Origin: Hyphochytrium catenoides
Lineage: Eukaryota > Protista > Hyphochytriomycota
DNA length: 44,615 nt
NCBI GenBank assembly: GCA_900088475.1
Contig: FLMG01001347.1
Span: forward strand, 1-44,615
Direction: 5' to 3'
Within the stretch, counting starts at the first letter, position 1, and every line of letters begins with the position of its first letter. The notes beneath the pieces were generated by a model. It had not been told where the DNA came from. It saw nothing but the letters and a program-made list of their open reading frames with translations, and ran no database searches. Position numbers and translations under genes: made by a program. Positions 35,128 through 44,615 of this stretch are shown in pieces.

Positions 35128-38100
35128 TCAGGCGGTTAGAGGACCTTCTCTCTTTCTCTCTCCTGCTTCTCTCGTCTTTCTCTTCTCTCCCCAGACCTGT
35201 ACATCCTTTCTCTTCGTCTCTCTTCCCATTTCCGCCTTTCTCTCTCCTTCCATAAGCGAGGGCGTCAAGGCGAAATCCTTGTTTAGACACTCGCTTACCA
35301 GCACTTCGTCCATAGTTGGCCTACAAGCTGAGTCGACATGGACCAAATCAAGGCCTAGCTTCACAAAATCCCTCATCCAAGGGACATCTCTATACATTTC
35401 TATGAGGTTTTCCTTTTGCCAAGCAGGACTGGAAGAGAGAGAAGGAGAAGAAGTAGAAGAGAGAGAGAGAGAAGACGTAGAAGAGAGAGACAGAGAAGAG
35501 GTAGACGAAGAAGAGGTGGAAGAGTGAGACACCGCAGATGAAGAGAGAGAGAGAGGCGAGGCGAGCTCCAGCATCATGCAGCCAAAGCACCATGAATCCA
35601 CTGCAAAAGGGTTGCTCCTTCTCGCGCCTGGGAAGGCCAAAGACTTGGAGAGATTTACTTCGCAGCTCATACGGAAGTCACAGATAGCGATGAGACCACG
35701 ATCGCCTAGCAAGCTGCACAGACAAGAGAGAGAGAGAGAGAGAGATAAGGGGGAGTACGGGCGTTTGGGAACGAGAGATAGATAGAGAAACGTGTAGAGA
35801 GAAGGAGTTGGAAGCGAGGATCAGGTCACCAATCGCGATGAGACGGGAGAAAGAGAGAAGAGAAAATGAGCTAGAAGAGAGAAAGTAATCGAGAGCCAAA
35901 AGGTCAGGGACCTTCAAAGACAAGGCAGTTCTCCGAGGATGTCACTAAGAGTAGAGCTCCAGATCCTTTAAAGCAGAAAGAAGTAGCTTGGCCATAGAGG
36001 ATAGCAACCAGCAAAAGAGAGAGAGAGAAGAGAACAAGAAGTAACAGACACAAAGAGAGGAGGAAAAAGGAACTGGGTAACTGCCACACAAGAAGGGAAG
36101 GAAGCAATCTTCTAAGATATGTCTAAGTCAACAAGTAAGAAGCACGTTAGTGACACGGCAGGACGAAAGACCAAAAGCAGGAGAGAGAGCAAAAAGCCAA
36201 ATGTGAGGAAGAGCTCCTGCCCTTGCGAACAGACTTTTCTCTCTACCTAGACTTACATATTGTCAAAGCTCAGATCTCTATGGACCACGCCTTTCGAGTG
36301 AATGAAGACCAGCGCCTGCGCCACCTGTCTAAAAATGTACTGCACGCCGCGCCACCGCGCCGCAGGTAGAAAACCTCCTCTCGTGATGTATTTTCGGATA
36401 TCGAGCGCCCAGTTCCGTAAATTCCCTTTTTCGTAGTAGGGCAGAATAATAAAGGGGCCTTCAAATTGAGAATAGACGACTTTACGGAGCTGGAGGACGA
36501 GCGGATGCTGCAATTCGTGCAAATGTTCGACTTCGCGGCTAAACTCAGCTATTTTCGGAATCTTCTTCCGGACAAAGAGAGATTTATCGGCTTTTCTCTG
36601 CATTAACCGGACGTCTGCATGCTGCGGCTGATTGAGCTTTCGGATCTCTACGGAGTCTGCAAAATTGTAAGAGGTGTCTACCAGTTCCTTAGGCAGACGA
36701 GAGAAGACTGCCGGGATGGATGGAACAGCAGGGAGACGGACCGGCCTTTGGGATTTGGCCGCCTCGTGAGAGGAGCAGGAAGAGGACAGTCTCTCAGAAG
36801 GGAGAGCCATAGAGGAGGAAGAAGATGGGAGAGAAGAAGAAGAAGATGACTGAGGAAGAGAAGAAGAGATTGAAGAAGGAGAAGGAGAAGGAGAACTGGT
36901 GTTAAAGTCTTCAGAGAGAATCTCCGGAAAGTAGATCTTCACCGGCTGAGAATCCAGCACCGCCCTATATTTCTCTATCCGTGCAGAGATTTCCGCAATT
37001 GCCTGAGACATTTTCTCCAACTCTGTCGTTCGCGTGTGTACCGTGTCTTTATGCCCATCAATCTCCGCAATCTCAATTTCTGCTTTCAAGATTGCAATCT
37101 TCTTCCGAAGAATCCGGAGCTCTTCCTCTTGCTGCGGAAGATCTACTATGGCCTTCTGGGCCGTCTGGCGAAGATTGCTGCATCGACTGAGCTCGTTTGA
37201 GACCTTGTTGATGTAGGACATTCGGCTATCAAGAGTCTTCATCTTCTGATCAAAGACAAGCTTGCCCATGGCATAAGCCTCTTTCTCCTCCTCTTCCTCC
37301 TCTTTTCTCGTTGCAATCTTGAGCCTTTTGCTGACAATGGGAAGCTGTGTTGAAAGCCCCGCGAGAAATCTGCAGATTTCATTTTGGAGCTTTGTCCCTT
37401 CTTCCTGAAGCGCTTGAAAGTGATCTTCACACTTTTGCAATGACGGTGCAATTGCAGATTCTAAGCTCTGAAGGAGGGTTGAGACTTCTTCGTGAAGAGT
37501 CTTTGGGCAGGTGAGCTTAGCAATCACAGGTCTCTTGGCGGATGAAGATAAAGAAGAGAGAGAGAGAGAAGAGAAGCTGCTACTTCCTGGCTTTTGTCCT
37601 AATAGCTGTCCGTCTTGAGGAAGGAGAATGCGATATTCTAAAGGTTGTTGCACGTGATCCACAGGAAGCTGCGGATTCTCGTTCTCTTTATCTCTTCCTT
37701 CTTTCTCTCCTCTCCTGCTCCCTTCTGGATCTTTCTCTCTTTCTCTCATTATCTCATCTTCTTCCTCCTCCTCGCCAGTGGGTCCAAAAGCAGAGAAAGA
37801 TGGAGACGAAGAAGAAGAGAGATAAGTGGGAGAGAGACACATGGAAGCAGGAAGATGCTCTGGCAGGAGAGAGACGTTCGAGGAGCGAATGGCGTTAAGG
37901 CACTCTTCCAGCTCTTTCATCTTTATCTTCACTCTCTGCAGCTGGTCATCGAGATTCTCGGTCTTCAGATCTCTTTCAGAGATCAATTCTTCGGAATTCG
38001 GAGATCGTCTGCAAGCTGCCTGAAGTTTACGGAGATCTGTCTCCATTTTTTGCGCTTCTGAGATGTCCTGAAATAACGTTCTTTCAAGTGCAGCACTGCG

Positions 38101-39474
38101 CTCCACCTGCTGAAGAAGAGAGAGAGAAAGAAGAGAGAGAGTATGGAAGTCTGACAGCTGTTGGAAGGAAGAAGAGAAAGAAGAGCTCTGCAGCTCTGCA
38201 AACTTGGACGACTTGAAGACGGAAACGACTCTCTCCGCGTTGACAGAGAGCTCACGGATGCGAGAGAAAATATCTGTAGAAAGAGAAAGGAACGAAAGAC
38301 ATGACATGAGAGAGAGATAAAATGAGAAAGACAGGAAGGAGGGAGAAAGGAAAGAGTGAGAGAGAGGGAGAGAGAAAGGGAGAGAGAAAGAGAGAAGGCA
38401 AGGAAGGAGATATTCAAATGGAAGGAGGACAAGGAAAAGAATGATACCTCTGTCGCCTTGATGGGAGTGAGAGAGAGAGCCAAAGTGAGAGAGAAGGGGG
38501 AGAACGAAGGAAGAGCGGGCAGAGAAGTAGCAAAAAGAGCACGAAATTCGGAAGAGTTTCCTCTTTTTTCTTCATTTTCCGTCTCTTTTCATTGTCTTTC
38601 CTTACCTGAGTGCTCATCCTGAGCGACATCACGAGAAACTCTTCCGATCGTTGTGGAGGAAGAGGAAGGAACAGCAGGAGAAGGAAGAGAGAGAGGCTTA
38701 AGCACTCTCTCTCTCTTGCTAGAGACAGGATATCTCTCTTTCTTCTCTCCTTCTCTTTCCACGTGACGATGACGATTCCGATTCTCTGTAAGTGCCTGAA
38801 GAAGCTCCGTCAGCCCCTCCATTCCTATAGAATTATTATACAGATTGATGTCTTTCAGAGATTTCAACTGGTCATTGCGTTGGATTGCCCTTGCGAAGGC
38901 CTGAGCTCCATCCAAGCCAATGATGTTATTATAGAGATAGACCGTATCGAGGCTCACGAAGCTCTGGTTCTCTGCTAATGCATTTGCAAGAGCTCTGGCT
39001 CCTGCATCTTGGATAGCATTATGACCCAGATAGATCAATTCTAGAGATTTCAGAGCTTCATTCTCCCTCAGAGCTTCAGCCAATGCCTCGGCTCCAAGAT
39101 CTCCGATCTCATTCGTTGTAAAGTTCAGCGTCTGCAGATTTCTCAGCGTCCGGTTCTCCCGCAGCACGCGTGCGAAAGAGATCAATCCCTGGTCTCCAAT
39201 AAAATTACCATTGAGATTAATGATTTTCAGATTTTCCAGATTTGATTTTAGAGACAGAGAATCAGAGATCACGCTCGCGCCGCTATCACCAACATAATTG
39301 AAGCTCAAATGTATGGACTTTAGCTGGGAGAGATGGCAGTTGAGAGCTAAGCTTTCTGCCAACATTGCCGCGCGTTGAGATCCGATAGAGTGCCGCCGAA
39401 GCTCGATATCTTCGACAACTTCATTGTTCCGGAGCTTCTGAAGAGTAGAACGGAGCTTTTGAGAGCTGATGTAC

Positions 39475-39479
<5 letters not shown>
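35128..39479 (-). CDS. LRR (RI-like) - coiled-coil - divergent protein kinase
   Basis: Phase-consistent exons: 39479-38606, 38273-36257, 35713-35128. About seven 31-aa LRRs (L..L.L..N.IGD.GA..LA.AL..N), long heptad regions, and kinase motifs FVRKK, EVEHLHELQHP, YYEKGNL, HSKGVVHRDLSFDNILL, ICDFR, VDSWCFG and RPTMDEVL. Upstream exons are possible. Confidence 0.85.
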
Positions 39480-39517
<38 letters not shown>

Positions 39518-39799
39518 GCTCTCTCTTCTCTCTTTCTTCGTCTCGCCTCGTCTCTCTCTCTCTCTCCACCGCTCTCTCTCTCGCCGCGTCACTTCTTCTA
39601 CGTCCTGGAGACCTCTCTCTCTTCACGAAGGAGACAAGCGAAGCACCAACAGAGAAGGGAACAGACAGGCATCTTCCCTATTATAGCCCTGCCCTAGGAG
39701 AAGAGGAAACAGGAAAGAGGGAGAGAGATGGCAAGCTATCCAATGAGGATCGTTTCTCTCTTGTTCCTCATCTTTCTTTCTCTGTTTTCCGTCTCTCTT

Positions 39800-39831
<32 letters not shown>

Positions 39832-41508
39832 TTTCTCTACCTACAGTCGTGTTTCTTCTCTGTGGGCATCTACTAGCCAAACGGCCACGACCAAGAGAAA
39901 GAAGAAAGAAAGAAGAATGATGCAACAGAGAAATACACCTTCCAGTGCAGGCAGAAGACGGACAGATTGAAAAGAGCGCGCTCCTCAGTTGATGAAGGGG
40001 AGAGAGANNNNNNNNNNNNNNNNNNNNNNNNNNNNNNNNNNNNNNNNNNAGAGAGAGAGAGAGAGAGAGAGGGAGGAAGAGTGGAAGGTAACATATAAGG
40101 AAGAGGGAGAGAGAGAGAGATGACGAGAAAGTGTTGATAGAGTAACAAGGGAATGACAGACTATTACTGAGACAGAGAGGTAAAGAGATTGAGAATCCTC
40201 TGCAGATCGCATACTTTTACCCTTAGAACGTTGCTGACGAGACAAGAAAGAGTCAGAAAGAGAAGCGCGGAGACGAACAAAGCTCTTTAAACCATTGAAG
40301 GATTCGTAAGCAATGAAACTTATAACAAAAGATTAGATACAGTAATCTCCCAGACAATGCATCTTTCTTATAATTCTTTCATGAGTGCCGAAGTTTGATT
40401 GTTTCGTACCGTTAACGACCTTCCAAACCCTTAGTTATCAATGGTGGCAAGTTTTGGGATTCTGGTTCTAGTTTTTGGCTCTAAATGAACTAAACTTCGC
40501 TATTTTCTCTGTGAGAGAGATCTGCATCATCTCCAGATTTGCCAAGAATGAGCTCAGTTGAGCTCCAGCACGGTCTTATTCTTTGACATAGGTACCAGGG
40601 TTCTGCACGTTTGGGAAAGAAGTAGAAGAGAGGAAAGCCGGTAGTAGAGCCCTAGTCTTCGGGGAAGTAAGAGGGACTCCTCCAGCTTCTATCAAAGTGC
40701 TTGGTGACAACTAGAAGTTGCCGGGGCTGAGAACAGACACAAACCTTCTTACCATCGTGAAAGGCTCAGAAGCTGGGACGCTGCATCTCTTCATTTAAAT
40801 TAGATATACAATAGTTGCGGGGCGGTGTTCTCCTCTTCTCTTCTTTGCTTCTTCTCTTCTCTTCCTTCTTCCTGCGCATTCTTGTTCCCTTCTTAAACGA
40901 CAACTCTCCCGTCGGTGCTTCCAATTTTTACCTTGTCCTGATCAACCTAGGCAAAAGTCAACATTCCCAAAGGGAGATGCTTCGGAGTATAAGAGAGAAA
41001 GAGAGTGAGACTGACAGACAGATAGACACACAATGCAAGGAAGTCGTCCGGGAAAGTATGAGAAAGAATAGCATGTGTAAGACAATAATGATGCCTGTTC
41101 CCTTTCATCTGTGCCTTGCTTTCTTCTTCTCAGAACATTAGGCTTTGCTGCCACCTTCCATGAGGGAAGAGAGTGATAACATCTCTTTCTTCTTCGTCTT
41201 CTTCTCCCAATTTCATCGACTTTTCTTGGAAGATAAGATCTCTCTCCTTGGCGCTGCAGGGCCGTGGGGGCAGGACGGTGAGAAGAAGGTGATGGCTTCG
41301 TCGTCTCCTGATGAAGAAGCAGAAAAAAGGAGAGAAATTTACGCTAGGCTCTCCTCTGTCCTTCCCTTGCCTAGCCATAGCTTGGCCAACGCTAGTTCTC
41401 TCCTCTTTCTTTTCCATATTCTCTCTCCGGAGGCGGCAGATTAGAGCCAGGAGTGACAGCAGCTAATTATGTTGCTGCACTAAGACTCTAATTATGTCTA
41501 CATAATTG

Positions 41509-41542
<34 letters not shown>

Positions 41543-41683
41543 TTGCTCTCTCTCTCTCTCTCTCTCCCAGTTGCTCCGACGAGGAGAGACGCGGGAGACA
41601 CACAAAGGAAAAAAAGAGAGAGAGAGAGAGAGCAAAAAGAAAGAGAGAGAGGGGCGAGAGAGAGAGAGACTCTTTTATCGTTT

Positions 41684-41870
41684 ACTGGTCCTTTGGACGC
41701 TGTTCTGCTAGTAATGAAGCCCCTTCTTCTTCTGCAATCTTCACCATGCGAGCGAGGCTTGCGAAGCGCGCTCTCTCCTTTTCCATCCCATCCATAGATA
41801 GTTCTGTTGGCATCTGGACAGCCCAGGGAGGTGAAGCGATGATTCCTCCAAAAATTTGTCTGCCTGATCC
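41684..41870 (-). CDS. Probable internal exon of an unidentified gene
   Basis: Non-repetitive open frame SGRQIFGGIIASPPWAVQMPTELSMDGMEKERARFASLARMVKIAEEEGASLLAEQRPKD between an AG and a GT. No complete model could be built. Confidence 0.3.
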
Positions 41871-42018
41871 TAGATGATGAACTCATTCTCTCTCTCTCTA
41901 CTCTCCCGCTCGCTCTCGCCTCTTTTCTTTGTCTCCTCTCTCTCTCTTTCTCTTTCTTGGTTTCTTTCTTTCTTTCTCTCTTATCTCTCGTTCCCTCCTT
42001 TCTCTCTCTCTCTCTCTC

Positions 42019-42064
<46 letters not shown>

Positions 42065-42910
42065 CTTTGTCCTGCTTCATCCTCTGTTCCTATGTGTTGT
42101 CAGTAGAGGTCGTTACATTTCCCCAACCTTGATTGATATATTTCATAGTTTTTGCAGCAAAAAATACTTTTTAAGCTTTTATTAGCTGAAAGATTTGAAA
42201 CCTTGAACAACGGAAGCATTGGAAAGGAAAGCAATGAGATTTTGACTCTCCTCTCTTCCTTTCCCCTTTAGTTTCGTGTCTCTTCTCCTTTGTCTCTTTC
42301 TTTCTCTCTCTTTCACTCTCTTTCTCTCTCTCTCTCTCTCTCTCTNNNNNNNNNNNNNNNNNNNNNNNNNNNNTCTCTTTCTCTCTCTCCCTCTCTCAGC
42401 TTCTCTCTCTCTCTCTTCTCTCTCTTTCTTCTCTCTCTTTCCTTCTCTCACGCTCTCTCGCTCTTCCTTTCTTGTTCGACCATTGTCTTTCTCTCTCTCT
42501 CTCTTTTCAAGTCCTTTATCCTCCTCAGCGCTTGCTTCCGCCTCTCTCTTCCATTTCTCTTCCGTTCCCTCGTATTCTCTTTCTTTTCTCTCTCTCACCC
42601 TTTCTCTCTCTTTCTCTCACTCCCTCTGCGTCGGAACTGAGCCATAAGGACGCGACAGGTCATTGTAATCGTCTAGGCAGCCTCGCGCAAGAAAAATAAA
42701 GGAGAGAGAAGAAGAAGAAAGAGAAGAAAAGTGAAACAAAGAGAGGAAAAGAGGAAGAGGCGGAAGAAGGCAGAGGAAAGAGAGGTCGGGAGAGAAAAGA
42801 GATTTCCCGAGGGAAGAAGAAGAGGCTCAACTCCTGGGAGGGAAGAGGGGCTTTCAAAAAAGAAGGGGATAGAGAGGAGAGAGAGAGAGAGAGAGAGNNN
42901 NNNNNNNNNG

Positions 42911-42962
<52 letters not shown>

Positions 42963-42967
42963 AGAGA

Positions 42968-43252
42968 ATGGGTGACGCTCAATGGTTTCGGAGGCGACCA
43001 ACATCGCAGGTCAGCCAAAGAGAATGGCTTCAGTCACTTCAGCAGCAAATGCAGGATAAACAGGTGAGGGCAACATGTAAGGAGAGAGAGACACGGACAG
43101 AGAGAGAAAGAGAGAGAGAGAGAGAAAGAGAGAGAGAGCGGGAATAGAACAAAGAAAAGACCCACTGAAGAGAGAGAGAGGGACACTAGAGGCAGAGAGA
43201 GCAGAGAAGGGACAGAAGAATAAGAGAGACAAAGAGCGATTAGATGGAGAGG

Positions 43253-43285
<33 letters not shown>

Positions 43286-43463
43286 AGAAAGGGCAAAAAA
43301 GAGCTCTATCCCGGAGGTGGTAGGCGTGGAGAGACATACATTCCTGCCTCTCTCTCTCTTTCTCTCCCCTCTCTCTTTCTCTCTGGTTTTTTGTCGGCCT
43401 ATCTCTCCCTCCGTCGCTGTCTTTTTTTAATCCTGTTTGCCCTTGTATTCTCTCCCTCTCTTC

Positions 43464-43509
<46 letters not shown>

Positions 43510-44061
43510 TGGCCCCCTCTAATTCTCTCCTTTCACATGTGTCTCTCTCTCGTTGTTTAGAGACAGAAAGACGCTGAAAAGAGAGAAAGAGAAGACGATT
43601 TTTGGTCTTCTGTCAAGCGGCAACCTCCCCCTGGCCGATCTGGAGAGAAAGAGAGAGAGAGAGAAAGAGCCGATAACTTTGTCTCTGAAAACAGTCGAAG
43701 ATTGGATTCCAGAGAGGAGAGAGACCCTCCCTCTTCCTCGTCAAAGTACACAGAAAGAGAGAGAGACAGAGACGGGCAACGAGAGAGACAGAGAGACACA
43801 GAAGGGGAGAGAGAGAGAGAAAGAGATAGAGAGGATGGTGCTCCTCCTCTTCCTCGACGCCTCACGCGAGCAGCAGCCGTAACGACAAAAGAAGAATGGA
43901 AAGCAGCACTGCAGAGGCAAATAGAGGAGAAGAAGGTAAGAGAGAGAACACTCTGGGGTAGAGTGGAATGTGAGAGAGAGAGAGAGACAGAGACAGAGAG
44001 AGAGAGCGCGAAGAGAAAGAGACAGGGAGAGAGTAAGAGGGAGCGAGATAGAGGGAGAGAG

Positions 44062-44098
<37 letters not shown>

Positions 44099-44576
44099 GA
44101 ATAAAACGGTTGTGGTGGAGGTGCAGAGAGAGGGAGAAAGAAAGAGATGAGGCAGAGAGTCCCACAGCTTTGATCTCTCTCTCTCTCTCTCTCTCAACCT
44201 CTTTCATTCTCTCTTAGAGTCATTAATTGTGTGCTTCTCTCTCCTTTATCTTCCTCTTGACAGCAAAGGGAACAAGCACAAAATCGAAGTCCTCGCCAGC
44301 GTAAGGGGCTCAACTTCTTTGCTCGCTTCCTTCGCTAGTGCTCTCCCTGTCTGTCTGTCTGTCTCTCTTCTCTCTCTCTCTCTGTCTCTCTCTCTGTTCT
44401 GTCTCTCTCTCCCTATGTTTTCTCTCTCCCCCTCCGCCCGGTTTATCTCTTTGTCGTCTTCTTACTCTCTCTGTCTTGTGATCTCTCCCTCTCTGTTTAT
44501 TGTCTCTCTCTGCCATTGGCTTTCTCTTTCTCTCTCTCCAGGGCACCCTTCCAACCAAGATGAAGAATCTGGAACG
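42968..44576 (+). CDS. 5' part of a coiled-coil protein with CCDC66/CSPP1-like repeats; continues beyond the window
   Basis: Phase-consistent exons: 42968-43063, 43561-43935, 44264-44300, 44542-44576. Repeated motif EWLQSLQQQMQDKQRQK / EWKAALQRQIEEKKQRE. Confidence 0.62.
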
Positions 44577-44615
44577 GTACGTTGTTGAAGAGCTTCTCTC
44601 TCTCTCTCTCTCTCT

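Noticed and set aside
934-44588. Numerous SLSLSL/ERERER ORFs in the ORF track
   Set aside because: They are translations of (CT)n/(GA)n intronic or intergenic microsatellites, which rarely contain stop codons.

Overview
Eukaryotic, probably protist, genomic DNA in the standard genetic code. It is intron-rich and saturated with (CT)n/(GA)n microsatellites, so most ORFs in the supplied track are spurious. Manual splicing supports these genes: a mitochondrially targeted ornithine carbamoyltransferase (13 exons), tRNA-Val(CAC), a HEATR6-like gene (16 exons), a SnoaL/ester-cyclase-like protein ending in a CaaX box, an RNase H1 with hybrid-binding domain + apparently inactive RNase H + active archaeal-type RNase H, an LRR/coiled-coil/divergent kinase gene, and the 5' part of a CCDC66/CSPP1-like gene. 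The main surprise is a largely microsatellite-poor island at about 6.1-11.0 kb that the ORF track does not reveal. It holds a frameshifted DIRS/Ngaro-type tyrosine recombinase with a 3' hairpin, an intact intronless secreted-protein ORF, a 56-bp tandem repeat carrying TTAGGG arrays, and the decayed 3' end of a CRE-clade (RLE) non-LTR retrotransposon just downstream of the tRNA. All family assignments are motif recognition by eye; no searches were run.
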